Assembly (NCBI GenBank): GCA_026002795.1
Contig: BPGA01000001.1
Coordinates: 270,001-302,000, forward strand
Reading direction: 5' to 3'
Length of the DNA: 32,000 bases
Source of the DNA: Candidatus Saccharimonadota bacterium
GTDB lineage: Archaea > Nanobdellota > Nanobdellia > Pacearchaeales > GW2011-AR1
How positions within the stretch are numbered: position 1 is the first letter of the stretch; each line of letters opens with the position of its first letter. Shown piece after piece: positions 1 to 10,309 of the stretch. The translations under genes were made by a program, and so were the position numbers. Under the pieces are notes generated by a model. That model was not told the origin of the DNA. It did no database searches and saw only the letters and a list, made by a program, of their open reading frames with translations.

Positions 1-2
1 AT

Positions 3-635
3 AGACTGAATAAAATAAAGAATATAAAATTCGACAAAATTTTAAGTTTCGGTGGATCAAAAGGAGATGAACTATTGCCTATAATAAATAAAATAAATGA
101 AATTTATATAATTGAACCCTCTAAAGAATTAAGAGTTAAAAAAATTAAAGGCAAACAAGTTAGGTATATAAGTCCAAAACCATCTGGTAAAATTCCTTTT
201 AAAAATAATTATTTCGACTTGATAACTTGCTTTGGAACCTTACATCATGTTCCCAATGTCAGTTATGTTTTTAAAGAGTTAGTAAGGGTTTTAAAAAAGG
301 GGGGGTTTTTACTAATTAGGGAACCTATTGTTTCGATGGGAGACTGGAGAAAACCGAGAAGTGGTTTAACAAAAAGAGAAAGGGGAATTCCATTAAACAT
401 ATTAAGAAAGATAGTTGAACAAAATAATTTGAAAATAATTTCAGAAAGATTAGTTCTTTTTCCTTTATTAAGAAGGATAAGTTTTGGAAATTATAAGGGG
501 GGAAATTCTAAATTTTGGGTTACAATTGATTATTTATTAAGCAAAATTTTTTCATGGAATAGAAGATATCACGCAACAAATTTTTTTCATAAAATTAGAC
601 CTCAATCTGTTTTTTTAGTTTTGAGAAAAGATTAA
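3..635 (+). CDS. class I SAM-dependent methyltransferase (5' end cut by window edge)
   Basis: The frame is open from position 3 (RLNKIKNIKFDKILSFGGSKGDE..., a glycine-rich SAM-loop-like motif) to the stop at 633-635. FDLITCFGTLHHVPN and LKKGGFLLIREP resemble Methyltransf_11/25 motifs. Confidence 0.7.
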   Translation, partial: RLNKIKNIKFDKILSFGGSKGDELLPIINKINEIYIIEPSKELRVKKIKGKQVRYISPKPSGKIPFKNNYFDLITCFGTLHHVPNVSYVFKELVRVLKKGGFLLIREPIVSMGDWRKPRSGLTKRERGIPLNILRKIVEQNNLKIISERLVLFPLLRRISFGNYKGGNSKFWVTIDYLLSKIFSWNRRYHATNFFHKIRPQSVFLVLRKD

Positions 636-637
636 TT

Positions 638-1180
638 TTACTTAACAACTTCTAAATAAAATCTAAGTTCTCTTGCGGGAAAAATCCAGGCAAAAAAAGC
701 CTCATAGAGGTCAGTATAATTATTAGCAAACCATTCTATACCCAATAATCTATGTAACCTTCCAAAAACTAATCGTTTTTTTACTTTAAAAAAAATTTTT
801 TCCTTATAATTATGCAAAGTTTTATTCATTCGATTATTTGGATTATTTAATAAATTATAATCATAATGATTTAAACTCCAACAGGAGAAAGGTCTCCTAT
901 GCGTCAAGTCGCCCCAAGCTAATGGACTAGAAAAATGAGGGACTCTTATTTCTACTTTAGCCCCCCCCTTACAAATTCTCCATAATTCCCTAATAACCTT
1001 ATCTGGATCATCTAAATGCTCAAGAATATGAAACATTCTTACCTCATCTACGCTATTAGTTTTAAAGGGGTATGGAAATTTATTTAAATCAAACACTTTA
1101 TTAACGCCTTTAGTTTTTATAATATCGCAATTAATCCACCCTTCCAATACATCCTTTCCGCAACCCAAATTTAATTTCAT
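638..1180 (-). CDS. class I SAM-dependent methyltransferase
   Basis: N-terminal MKLNLGCGKDVLEGWINCDI (GxGxG SAM loop), then FHILEHLDDP and CKGGAKVEIRVPH, typical of the Methyltransf_11 family. Confidence 0.75.
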   Translation of the reverse strand: MKLNLGCGKDVLEGWINCDIIKTKGVNKVFDLNKFPYPFKTNSVDEVRMFHILEHLDDPDKVIRELWRICKGGAKVEIRVPHFSSPLAWGDLTHRRPFSCWSLNHYDYNLLNNPNNRMNKTLHNYKEKIFFKVKKRLVFGRLHRLLGIEWFANNYTDLYEAFFAWIFPARELRFYLEVVK

Positions 1181-1225
1181 TTCATTAATTCTAATAAAAT
1201 ATTTTATTTAAAATTTTACATATTT

Positions 1226-2113
1226 TTATCTCAAGAATAGACGCTTTTTTATCCTGTTTTTTAAAAGCCATTTAATATATCTTTCATCAGCTTTTCTGTC
1301 TCTTATAACAAAAGGGGGGTGTTTTAAAGGAAAGTCTATTTTTTCTGTAGGAAGTGATAAAAAATAATCAAATTTCGTGTTTGTGGCATTTTCAGAAAAA
1401 CCTATCCCTCGCACAAGATTTTTATTTGGAACTATACACAACCCGTTATTTTTAACAATAGAGAAAAACCACTTAGTATCTATGGCGTTAGAATTTTTAT
1501 AATAAGCATTGTCCATAATTCTCTTAATATAAATTCTTTCCAAAATACCGGGAAATAAAACTTTAATCTTTTTTCTAAATTCCAAATACTCCTTCATATT
1601 ATCATAATATTTTTTCCTCTTTTTAGCCCACATTGCCCACCCATAAGTATGTGGAAAAATTGAAAAATAATAGGAATAATTTTTTGATTTTTTTGAAGTC
1701 CATCCTCTTTGGAAATTGCACCCATTTATATGCATAATTCTATCGTCATCCCTATATCTCTCCAATAATTCTGAGCAAAATCTAAAAAAATCCTGATTTG
1801 GAAGTCCATCATCTTCTAGGATTATTCCCTCGGGAACGTGTTTGAAAAACCATTTGATTGCTCCCAAGACCCCTCCAATAAATCCTCCGTTTTTTTTAAG
1901 GAATCTTTTTTTTACTTTACATGGCCAATCCACTTTAGAAATTATTTTTCGAACTTCTTCCACTTTTTTCCTCTCTAATTCATTTTTTGGGCCATCTGAA
2001 AAAAGAAAAAGTTCTTTTGGTTTGGCTTTTCTAATTTCTTCAAAAACTAATTTTGTTGTTTCAGGTCTTTTGAATGTTAAAAGTAAAACCGGAGTTTTTA
2101 ATTGTTTTTTCAT
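1226..2113 (-). CDS. GT-A fold nucleotide-diphospho-sugar transferase (HlpA-like glycosyltransferase)
   Basis: PVLLLTFKRPETTKLVFEEI...ELFLFSDGPKN is followed by an ILEDDGLP (DxD-like) motif. It sits in a glycan gene cluster. Confidence 0.55.
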   Translation of the reverse strand: MKKQLKTPVLLLTFKRPETTKLVFEEIRKAKPKELFLFSDGPKNELERKKVEEVRKIISKVDWPCKVKKRFLKKNGGFIGGVLGAIKWFFKHVPEGIILEDDGLPNQDFFRFCSELLERYRDDDRIMHINGCNFQRGWTSKKSKNYSYYFSIFPHTYGWAMWAKKRKKYYDNMKEYLEFRKKIKVLFPGILERIYIKRIMDNAYYKNSNAIDTKWFFSIVKNNGLCIVPNKNLVRGIGFSENATNTKFDYFLSLPTEKIDFPLKHPPFVIRDRKADERYIKWLLKNRIKKRLFLR

Positions 2114-2520
2114 TATAGACTTCTTATTACTTTACAAGGCACACCGTAAGCTAAAACATGTTGAGGTATATCTCTATTTACAAAACTGTGTGCTCCAATA
2201 ATAGAACCCTTTCCGATTGTAACGCCAGGCATAATTGTACTATGAGCCCCTATGCAAACGCCTTCACAAATTTTGATTAACCCTGATTTTCCATCTATTG
2301 TGCTTCTTGAAAGAATAGCACAAAAAGGTCCAATTTCAACATTATCTTCAATCACCACACCATCTTGCGCCTGGATATAAACAAATTGTGATATATCTAC
2401 ATACTTTCCCAACCGTAATCCCTCGGGGTAATGAACCAAAAAATTATATTTTGGGTGTAATTTTCCATGTTCTATTTCAGGAATTACCCACCTTCTTTTC
2501 CATTCATCATCGTGTGACAT
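2113..2520 (-). CDS. hexapeptide-repeat (LbH) sugar N/O-acetyltransferase
   Basis: Repeated [LIV]-G-x4 hexapeptides (VEIGPFCAILS, VCIGAHSTIMPGVTIGKGSIIGAHSFV). Its start overlaps the stop of the upstream aminotransferase (2507-2520). Confidence 0.8.
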   Translation of the reverse strand: MSHDDEWKRRWVIPEIEHGKLHPKYNFLVHYPEGLRLGKYVDISQFVYIQAQDGVVIEDNVEIGPFCAILSRSTIDGKSGLIKICEGVCIGAHSTIMPGVTIGKGSIIGAHSFVNRDIPQHVLAYGVPCKVIRSL

Positions 2521-3613
2521 TTTTAATGGCCTTCTTTAGTTTATCTACAACATAATCTATATCCTCTTCTTTTAAATTATTATGAAATGGCAATGCTAAA
2601 GACTCTCTTGAAATTTTTTCTGTTATAGGGAAATCTCCTTTTTTGTATCCGAATCTTTCTTTATATAATGGGTGAAGATGTATAGGAGGATCAAAATAAG
2701 GCTTACACTCTATTCCTGATTTTAGAAGATAGTTCATTACTTTGTCTCTCTTTCCATTAGTTACTCTTATTGTAAAAACAAACCAACTTCTTTTTACTTC
2801 ATTAGGGGTATATGGTAAAATAATCTCTTCTATACCTGATAATTTTTCAATATATCTTTCAGCAATATTCTCTCTCTTTTCAAGTATTTCTTCTATTCTT
2901 GACAGTTGGGCTAAACCAAGAGCCGCACTCATCTCATCCATGTGGTAATTATATCCCAATCTAACACATAGTCTGTTTTCGTTAAAACCGTGGCATCTCA
3001 TGCTCCTACATAATTCGGCAATATTTTCATCATTAGTTAAAACCATCCCCCCCTCTCCTGTTGTAATCTGTTTATTTGGATAAAAAGCTAAAACCGAAAC
3101 ATTCCCGTATTTCCCAACAAATCCTCCTTTATATTTTGCTCCAATTGCTTCACAGGCGTCTTCTATTACAAAGAGTTTATACTTCTTGGCTATATTTTGA
3201 ATTTTATCCATTTCTACGGGACACCCAAAGATATGTACTGGTAGAATTGATTTTGTCTTAGGGGTGATTTTTTCCTCTATTAAATCTGGGTTTAAATTAT
3301 AGGTTAAGGGGTCTATATCTATAAAAACGGGTTTTATCCCCTCCATAAGAAGACAATTGCTTGATGAAATAAAACTAAAGGGGGTAGTAATAACCTCGTC
3401 CCCCTCTTTTAATCCTAGAGCTTTTATAGAAAGATGCAATCCGCTCGTACCACTATTTACTGCCACTCCATACGACACTCCAATATAAGAAGCTAACCTC
3501 TCTTCAAACTCTCTTACTTTGGGGCCCCGACTTAAGTTAGGAGTTTCTAAAACACCTAATATTGCCCTTCTTTCAAGAGGCGTTATATGTGGAGATGAAA
3601 GTGAAATTTTCAT
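2507..3613 (-). CDS. DegT/DnrJ/EryC1/StrS-family PLP-dependent sugar aminotransferase
   Basis: GPKVREFEERLASYIG, NSGTSGLHLS, and SFYPNKQITTGEGG (PLP-lysine region written here as LAFYPNKQITTGEGGMV) are characteristic of the family. Confidence 0.85.
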   Translation of the reverse strand: MKISLSSPHITPLERRAILGVLETPNLSRGPKVREFEERLASYIGVSYGVAVNSGTSGLHLSIKALGLKEGDEVITTPFSFISSSNCLLMEGIKPVFIDIDPLTYNLNPDLIEEKITPKTKSILPVHIFGCPVEMDKIQNIAKKYKLFVIEDACEAIGAKYKGGFVGKYGNVSVLAFYPNKQITTGEGGMVLTNDENIAELCRSMRCHGFNENRLCVRLGYNYHMDEMSAALGLAQLSRIEEILEKRENIAERYIEKLSGIEEIILPYTPNEVKRSWFVFTIRVTNGKRDKVMNYLLKSGIECKPYFDPPIHLHPLYKERFGYKKGDFPITEKISRESLALPFHNNLKEEDIDYVVDKLKKAIKNVTR

Positions 3614-3723
3614 TTTAAGAAAATCTTTTGCTTATTTTTAAAATTTATGATATAAAAATGTATTAAAAAAGAGTATACTCTTGTTTCATAAACCTTTAAA
3701 ATAAAGGGGTTTCCTCTTTTAGT

Positions 3724-4731
3724 ATGAACACTTTAGTTACAGGTTGTGAGGGTTTTTTAGGAAGAGTTTTAGTTAAAAAATTAAAAGAAAGAGGAAGATA
3801 TGTAATTGGTATTGATAAAAAAAGAAATCTTTTTCATCATAGTGAAGTCGAACCTGATATTTTTATAAATGGAGATGTTCGTGACAAAATTCTAAGAGAG
3901 ATAGTAACAGAAGAGGGAATAGATGAAATTTACCATTTGGCTTCTTGGGCTATACAAAAACATTGTGCTGCTGACCCAAAAAGTGCTTTTGACAATAATA
4001 TAAATGGATTATTAAATGTTCTTGAAACATGTAGAAATGTTAGACATAATATAGAAAGTATCGTTATATCTACTAGTGATAAAGCATTTGGAGAAGCTCC
4101 TGTTCCTTACAATGAAAATAGTCCTTTACAACCATTGTTTATTTACGATACATCAAAGGCATGCCAGCAACTTATTTCATTAGCTTACGCAAGAAATTAT
4201 AATTTACCAATAAAAATTGTAGCTTGTTCAAACCTTTATGGTCCGGGAGATTTTAATACAACAAGAATTATACCAAATTCCATAGTAAGATTAACAAGAG
4301 ATTTACCAATAAGAATATGGAAAGACTCTGAGAGTCATGTAAGAGAATTTGTTTATATTGATGATGCGGCTGATGGTTTTATTACTGTTTCTGAAAGGGG
4401 AAGAAAGGGAGAAGTTTATTGTTGTGGAGGAGATGAACATTTAAAAATAAAAGATTTAGCAGAAAAAATTTGTATTATGATGGGAAAAGACCCTAAAAAG
4501 TATATTAAATTAGCAGAAAGACCTATTTATTTGCATGAATTAAAGGAGCAATTTATGAACTCGTCAAAACTCCGTTCTTTAGGATGGATACCAAAATTTT
4601 CTTTAGATGAGGGATTAAAAAAATCTATTGAATTTTATACAAAATTAGCAAATGAAGGAAAAATTCATCCAACGAGATTTGAAGAAGATGGTTCTATTAC
4701 GGGAGAGTTAGAAGGATATTTTTCTGGCTAA
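3724..4731 (+). CDS. NAD-dependent sugar epimerase/dehydratase (extended SDR)
   Basis: N-terminal LVTGCEGFLG Rossmann motif, STSDKAFG, and the catalytic YDTSK (YxxxK). Confidence 0.8.
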   Translation: MNTLVTGCEGFLGRVLVKKLKERGRYVIGIDKKRNLFHHSEVEPDIFINGDVRDKILREIVTEEGIDEIYHLASWAIQKHCAADPKSAFDNNINGLLNVLETCRNVRHNIESIVISTSDKAFGEAPVPYNENSPLQPLFIYDTSKACQQLISLAYARNYNLPIKIVACSNLYGPGDFNTTRIIPNSIVRLTRDLPIRIWKDSESHVREFVYIDDAADGFITVSERGRKGEVYCCGGDEHLKIKDLAEKICIMMGKDPKKYIKLAERPIYLHELKEQFMNSSKLRSLGWIPKFSLDEGLKKSIEFYTKLANEGKIHPTRFEEDGSITGELEGYFSG

Positions 4732-4738
4732 TTTTAAA

Positions 4739-6100
4739 ATGGGTGCTAAAACAAAAAAAATAGATCTTTGGTCGGAAAAAATTCTGTATTTAAAAAAATC
4801 TAAAGAATTTTTTTCAAAATTAAGTTATAAAGGAATAAATTTATGGCCCATTATGGCGGGCGATATCTATACATATTATTATTTTTCACATATTGATATA
4901 GAAGAGGAACCTTCTTTTTTTAAAAGATTTTTAATTAATATAAAATCTTTATTTTTTGAAGATAAATTTCCTGTAAAGGGAAATGGTAGAATTTTGGTTT
5001 CTTATTTTATGCCGAGAAAAGATCATCATGAACTTGTAAAAAGAGCTGTTTCTAAATTTCCCAAAAAAGATTTGGTTTGGATTGATGCTTTTGGATATAA
5101 ACAAAAGAATATTTTATTTAGAGGAAAAATTAAATTTCCTAATATTTTGCTTTTACTTAGTATATACAATAAATTTAGAAAAAAAAAACTAAAAAAAATA
5201 TTTAGAAATTATTATTGGTTTTATATTTTAAAGACATATTTTAGATTAAAACAAATTAACCAATTTTATGATATAGTCGATAAGATAAAACCTAAAGGAT
5301 ATATTGCTTTTTGTTCTTCAGCCTTTCCAGAAGAAGCAATTTTAACGTTAATATGTAAAAATAAAAAAATTCCCACATTTACATTACAACACGGGTTTTT
5401 TTATAAACCAAAATCTTTTGTCTCGTCAATAATCCAGAGTGAAAATATAATCTCTGATTACCATCTTTTATGGGGAAAAAAGAGTTATAATATTCAAAAA
5501 GAATATACAGACGAATCAAGACTTATTATTGTCGGGAATCCAAAATATGAATTAATAAAAAAGAAAGTTAAAAAAGAATACGATCCTAAAAAAGCCACTA
5601 TTTTTTTTAGTGTTCCGGCCTATAATGAGGGTAATTTTAGACTTAGAGAAATTGTTAAAAAATTTATTGAAGATCATCCTGAAATAATTTTTAATATTGC
5701 TGTACATCCTATGAATGATATGAATCTTTTTTCAAAATACTTTAATTACAAAAATGTAAAATTTATCTCAAAAAATATTCTTGCTCAAGATCTTTTAAAA
5801 GAGAGTGATTTTGTTATTGTATACAATACAACTGCTGCCTTAGAGGCTTTAAATTACAAAATACCTATTTTAAGATACGCTGGCAAAGATTTTTTAAGTT
5901 TTTGGGATAAAAAACAAGATACTTTTACAAATTTGAACGAATTAAGACACCTCTTCTTAAAAATAAAAAATAAAAGAAATTATAAAAAACTTATGGATTT
6001 TTATGAAAAAGAATTAAAGAAAACATTTTATTTTCATCCTAAAAAAACAATCCCGGAAGTTTATTATAAAAAAATAATGGAAAAGATAAAAAATAAATAG
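4739..6100 (+). CDS. hypothetical lysine-rich protein, possible GT-B / TagF-like glycosyl- or glycerophospho-transferase
   Basis: The C-terminal half has IFFSVPAYNEG, NIAVHPMN and DFVIVYNTTAALEALNYKIPIL. These loosely resemble TagF/sialyltransferase-type GT-B motifs. The call rests on context only, hence low confidence. Confidence 0.3.
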   Translation: MGAKTKKIDLWSEKILYLKKSKEFFSKLSYKGINLWPIMAGDIYTYYYFSHIDIEEEPSFFKRFLINIKSLFFEDKFPVKGNGRILVSYFMPRKDHHELVKRAVSKFPKKDLVWIDAFGYKQKNILFRGKIKFPNILLLLSIYNKFRKKKLKKIFRNYYWFYILKTYFRLKQINQFYDIVDKIKPKGYIAFCSSAFPEEAILTLICKNKKIPTFTLQHGFFYKPKSFVSSIIQSENIISDYHLLWGKKSYNIQKEYTDESRLIIVGNPKYELIKKKVKKEYDPKKATIFFSVPAYNEGNFRLREIVKKFIEDHPEIIFNIAVHPMNDMNLFSKYFNYKNVKFISKNILAQDLLKESDFVIVYNTTAALEALNYKIPILRYAGKDFLSFWDKKQDTFTNLNELRHLFLKIKNKRNYKKLMDFYEKELKKTFYFHPKKTIPEVYYKKIMEKIKNK

Positions 6101-6123
6101 AAGATTTTTAGAATACTTTTAAT

Positions 6124-6708
6124 TTATTTTGTCAAAAAATAATTATCAACAATTTCACAAATAATATGGTAAGCAAGTTGATGAGCCTCCTGAATTCTTG
6201 GAGTATTATAAAGGGGGATGTTTATATTCAGATCACTTAACTCTTTAAGTTTCCCTCCATCCCTGCCTGTTAATGAAAAATTATAGGTTCCTATCTCATG
6301 ACCTTTTTTAAATGCTCTCAGCAAATTTTCAGAATTCCCAGAGGTTGAAATTCCCCATAAAATATCTTTGGGTTGTGCAAGGGCTTCAACTTGTCTCTCA
6401 AAAATAGTTTTAAATCCGTCTTCGTAATCATTACTCCATGCAGTTAAAAAAGACGTGTCTGTTGTCAGAGCTATGGCCGCCAATCCTTTTCTTTCTTCTT
6501 TAAATCTCCCGACGAGTTCAGTAGCAATGTGTTGTGCGTCTGCGGCACTCCCACCATTTCCAAAAACAAGCAATTTATTTCCTTTATCTAAAGTTTCATA
6601 AATTATTTCTGATATTTTTAGTAGATAATTTATCTGCAGTTCTAAATACTTCTTTGCTTTAGTGCTTTCATTAATCATAGATAAAATTAAATCTTTCATT
6701 TTAATCAT
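6124..6708 (-). CDS. gmhA: SIS-domain D-sedoheptulose-7-phosphate isomerase
   Basis: LLVFGNGGSAADAQHIATELVGRF and ISTSGNSENL are GmhA signature stretches. Confidence 0.8.
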   Translation of the reverse strand: MIKMKDLILSMINESTKAKKYLELQINYLLKISEIIYETLDKGNKLLVFGNGGSAADAQHIATELVGRFKEERKGLAAIALTTDTSFLTAWSNDYEDGFKTIFERQVEALAQPKDILWGISTSGNSENLLRAFKKGHEIGTYNFSLTGRDGGKLKELSDLNINIPLYNTPRIQEAHQLAYHIICEIVDNYFLTK

Positions 6709-7438
6709 TATTTATTTTTCCGTTACTTGCCCATACATCAAATTGATTTTCTCCAATTTTTGTTATTTTAAAATTCCCACCTGCCGACCTAACTAAAACC
6801 AAACCGGCAGCAACATCCCATAACATAATTCCTTTTTCATAATAGACTTCTGCTTTTCCTGAAGCAACGTAAGCTAAAGAAAGAGAGGCAGAGCCTAAGA
6901 TTCTTACTTTTTTAAAATCCTGGACTTTTTTAACAAACTCTAGTAAGTTTTCGGTAGAATAATCTAATCTTGAGGGAAATCCTGTACATATTATTGCATT
7001 ATTTTTATTTTTTATACTACTTACAGAAATTTTTTTTTCGTTAAGATAGGCTCCTTTATTAATACTTCCATAATATACTTCATCTCTATTAAAATCATAA
7101 ATGATGCCAAGAAGAGGTTCCAATCCCTTCCAAAGCGCAATTGAAACAGCACAATTAGAAATCCCTCTTGAAAAATTTAAACTTCCATCTAAAGGGTCAA
7201 CTATCCACATGAATTCTGAATCAAATATTTTTGAAGTATGCTCAGAAATTATAGTATATTTACTTTTTGAAAGGTAATATAAAATTATTTCTTCTGATTT
7301 CAGATCTTCTTTTAATTTAATATCTTTATCTTTATCTATTAATATTTCTGGCGAACTTGCCCTATAAACGCTTCTAAGATAATTTCCTGCTTCTTTTGCA
7401 GTTTTTATGGCTAAGTTAAGTTCTTTTTCGAGACTCAT
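6701..7438 (-). CDS. inositol-monophosphatase-family sugar phosphatase
   Basis: WIVDPLDGSLNF and WDVAAGLVLV motifs of the IMPase/FBPase family. It overlaps gmhA by 8 nt. Confidence 0.8.
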   Translation of the reverse strand: MSLEKELNLAIKTAKEAGNYLRSVYRASSPEILIDKDKDIKLKEDLKSEEIILYYLSKSKYTIISEHTSKIFDSEFMWIVDPLDGSLNFSRGISNCAVSIALWKGLEPLLGIIYDFNRDEVYYGSINKGAYLNEKKISVSSIKNKNNAIICTGFPSRLDYSTENLLEFVKKVQDFKKVRILGSASLSLAYVASGKAEVYYEKGIMLWDVAAGLVLVRSAGGNFKITKIGENQFDVWASNGKINND

Positions 7439-8376
7439 TTCATTTTAAAATAATTTTTTAAATTGTTAATAGCCGCATAACCCATTTCAAGTATTGATTC
7501 TTTTGACGTTCCTCCAATGTGTGGTGTACAATAAACATTTTCTAATTTTAATAATTCTTCTAGATTTTTTGGCGGCTCTTCATTATAAACATCTAATCCG
7601 GCTCCAGCAATAATTTTATTTTTTAAAGCCCATAATAAATCTTCCTCGTTAATTATCTCTCCTCTAGAAGTATTTATTATAAAACACTGTGGTTTCATCA
7701 TTAAAAATTGTTTTTTTGTTATCATATTTTTAGTAAATTTTGTGAGGGGGGTATGTATTGTTATAATATCTGCTTGTTTATAAATGCCTTCTTTAGACTC
7801 TTCTTTCAAATTTTTTTCTCTATAAAATTGTTTTTGTTCCAAATCTTCTCTTATATCATTAACTAAAATATTACATTTAAAAGGTTCTAACAAGGACACT
7901 AAATCTTTACCGATATTTCCTACACCTATAATCCCAACGGTTTTTCCAGTTAAGTTTCTTCCTTCATTGTCATATTTATTCCAAAAATTTCTTTTTAATT
8001 GCAATGAAGATGTATAAGTACCTCTTATAAGCCCCAACATCATACTAAGAGTAAGTTCTGCAACGCTTCTTTTGTTTATTCCTTGCTGTAGTATTACTTC
8101 AATACCATATCTTTTACAATCATCAAAATTTATTTTATCCGTTCCAATGCCATATTTAGCAATGACTTTTAAATTAGGGCAATTTTTTAAAACTTCCTCA
8201 TCTATTTTATCTAATCCGATAATTGCAGCATCGGAATCTCTTAAAGCATCAATCAACTCTTCTTTTGAATATCTTCTCCCCAAAGTATTTATTCTTACAT
8301 CTGAAAAATATTTCTTTAATTCGTTGACTAATTCCATATTTTTTGAAAAAGTAACCACGCTAACAGCAACTTTCAT
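7435..8376 (-). CDS. D-isomer-specific 2-hydroxyacid dehydrogenase (SerA/GyaR-like)
   Basis: GKTVGIIGVGNIGKDL NAD-binding loop, NTSRGEII and TPHIGG catalytic region. 4-nt overlaps on both sides. Confidence 0.8.
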   Translation of the reverse strand: MKVAVSVVTFSKNMELVNELKKYFSDVRINTLGRRYSKEELIDALRDSDAAIIGLDKIDEEVLKNCPNLKVIAKYGIGTDKINFDDCKRYGIEVILQQGINKRSVAELTLSMMLGLIRGTYTSSLQLKRNFWNKYDNEGRNLTGKTVGIIGVGNIGKDLVSLLEPFKCNILVNDIREDLEQKQFYREKNLKEESKEGIYKQADIITIHTPLTKFTKNMITKKQFLMMKPQCFIINTSRGEIINEEDLLWALKNKIIAGAGLDVYNEEPPKNLEELLKLENVYCTPHIGGTSKESILEMGYAAINNLKNYFKMK

Positions 8377-9614
8377 TTTAAATTCTCTAAACTATCATTA
8401 AAAATATTGTTATGGTTTTCTCCTGTTTCATAAATTTTGGGGTTTTCTCTAACCCTTTCAATTACATGAAGAGCAAATTCCTGAGCGTTTAATGGGGGTT
8501 GTAAAATATCTATACAAAAAGGATTTTTACCCTTAAAATATTCCAATCCTGTTCTAATTATTGGATAATATCTGCTACGTTTTGGATTAACTAGCTCTAT
8601 CCTCTCTATTATTTTATAGCCCTGATATATGTGCATAAAATTATCGTGCATATTAAGATCAATTTTTCCTTTAGTGCCAGATATTATCAAGTTTTTTTGG
8701 GTTTGAGTATATGCGCTATATTTTCCTACAACTATATTTACGGGAATGTTTTTTTCTGTTGTTAAACTTATTTCGGCATAAGTTTCTCCTATGTATTTTT
8801 CAGGAATATTATATTTTTCTTTTGCCAGATCATAAAATTCTTTGCATACAGCAACCCTTACTTTTCCTTTATTAAAAGATTTATCAATTTTTCCTAGATA
8901 ATTTTCAAGTACAAAAAGAGGAATAAAGGCATGAATTCCCATATCTTGTATCATTCCACCACCTCTTCTAATATCAAAAACGTGTGCTCCCCTATGATCA
9001 AGTTTCCCAGAATCACCCTCGCTTTCTAGTATCTTTATTTTAACTGAAACGGGGTCCCCTAAAATTTCTTCAAGTTTTCCTATATATGAACTTAAATTAT
9101 TCTTGGGTTCTCTTTCTCTAAAAACCTCTTCTGTTCCGATATAAAAACTATCTTTATTTATTATTCCTGATAAAAGAAATAAGGGGGCCATTTTTCTCAT
9201 AAGGTAATATTCCATCAAAAAAATCTTGTTTGGGTTTTCTGAAATTAGCTTTTTTAAAGAATTTAATTGATTTTTATTTATAACGTAGGGTTTTTCCAAC
9301 ATAACGCTAAAACCATTTTCTACTAAATCTTTTGTGTCTTCGTAATGTAAATCATTATCGTGTGCAAGTATTACTATGGGTTTTTTATCCTTCATATCAT
9401 TTAATAAAAAACCTAAACCTTCATCAGATGTTCTGACCCTATGCTCTATTTTTTCAGATAAGTATTCTAAAGGCTTTCTTTGTTTTATATCAATTGTTAC
9501 TAAAACTTTAACCAATTGTTGAAACTCTAAAATTTCCAAGGAGGGTGCCAAAAACCTATGGAAAACATCACCTGTTCCAACAACGGCTATATTTTCCATT
9601 TTAAATTTGAACAA
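8373..9614 (-). CDS. Gfo/Idh/MocA-like NAD(P) oxidoreductase
   Basis: N-terminal IAVVGTGDV Rossmann start and the family-typical MLEKPY (EKP) motif. Confidence 0.6.
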   Translation of the reverse strand: MFKFKMENIAVVGTGDVFHRFLAPSLEILEFQQLVKVLVTIDIKQRKPLEYLSEKIEHRVRTSDEGLGFLLNDMKDKKPIVILAHDNDLHYEDTKDLVENGFSVMLEKPYVINKNQLNSLKKLISENPNKIFLMEYYLMRKMAPLFLLSGIINKDSFYIGTEEVFREREPKNNLSSYIGKLEEILGDPVSVKIKILESEGDSGKLDHRGAHVFDIRRGGGMIQDMGIHAFIPLFVLENYLGKIDKSFNKGKVRVAVCKEFYDLAKEKYNIPEKYIGETYAEISLTTEKNIPVNIVVGKYSAYTQTQKNLIISGTKGKIDLNMHDNFMHIYQGYKIIERIELVNPKRSRYYPIIRTGLEYFKGKNPFCIDILQPPLNAQEFALHVIERVRENPKIYETGENHNNIFNDSLENLK

Positions 9615-10260
9615 GTCCTCCTTTTATTAGTGCTTCTGCATACAATAAATCTTCTAAATAGTCAATATCTACTGCTTCTATCTTATTTACTTCTATAGTT
9701 TGAAAATTTCCGCAAACCCTTTTTCCATATTTTTTAAAAGATTTTTTTCTGAAAAAATAAAAATCAGCCTCTTCATAGATGGGTACTAAATCTTGGGTTC
9801 TTGTTAATTTGTTTGGATTATGATTTATCGGTTTATTCTGATACCAAAACCTATTATACCTAGGTACAACACCAAACAAAGAATCAAGATGTTTGTTTTC
9901 TTCTATAATTGAAATTGCTTTTTTAATTGTTTTTAAAGTTAAAAAAGGAGAGGTTATATGTAAGAGCCCTATAATTTCGTAGTTTAATTTGTCTATATTT
10001 CTCGCAATTAGTTCGTCGCCTGTTATATAATCTTGGTTATATTCTTCTGGTCTTACAAAAACATTAAATCCACATTCTCTGGATATGGATAAAACTTTTT
10101 TATCTGAAGAGTCTATATAAATTTCTAAACCATCGTTCTTTAAATCTTTTAAAGTTTTAAAAAGATAAGTATAAAGAGGTTTACCGTTTAAAAGTCTAAA
10201 AGTCTTTCCTGGCAATCTTTTGTTTTTTGTTTTTATTGGTACCAAAATGCAAGTATCCAT
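9601..10260 (-). CDS. CMP-type (acylneuraminate/Kdo-like) sugar cytidylyltransferase
   Basis: CILVPIKTKNKRLPGKTFRLLNGKPL N-terminus is typical of the CTP_transf_3 (NeuA/KdsB-like) family. Confidence 0.7.
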   Translation of the reverse strand: MDTCILVPIKTKNKRLPGKTFRLLNGKPLYTYLFKTLKDLKNDGLEIYIDSSDKKVLSISRECGFNVFVRPEEYNQDYITGDELIARNIDKLNYEIIGLLHITSPFLTLKTIKKAISIIEENKHLDSLFGVVPRYNRFWYQNKPINHNPNKLTRTQDLVPIYEEADFYFFRKKSFKKYGKRVCGNFQTIEVNKIEAVDIDYLEDLLYAEALIKGGLVQI

Positions 10261-10309
10261 ATTAAAAATTTCTATTAATACCCTATATAAAAATTATGAA
10301 ACTGAGTTA

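Noticed and set aside
1842-2201. Plus-strand 119-aa ORF antisense to the GT-A and acetyltransferase genes. Similar antisense ORFs occur at 2742-2948, 3076-3261, 8072-8401, 13178-13411, 13787-14002, 14240-14434, 26138-26353, 27141-27365, 27347-27586 and 30416-30739.
   Set aside because: Each overlaps a gene with clear family motifs on the other strand. Each has the S/F/L/I-rich composition typical of shadow ORFs in AT-rich DNA.
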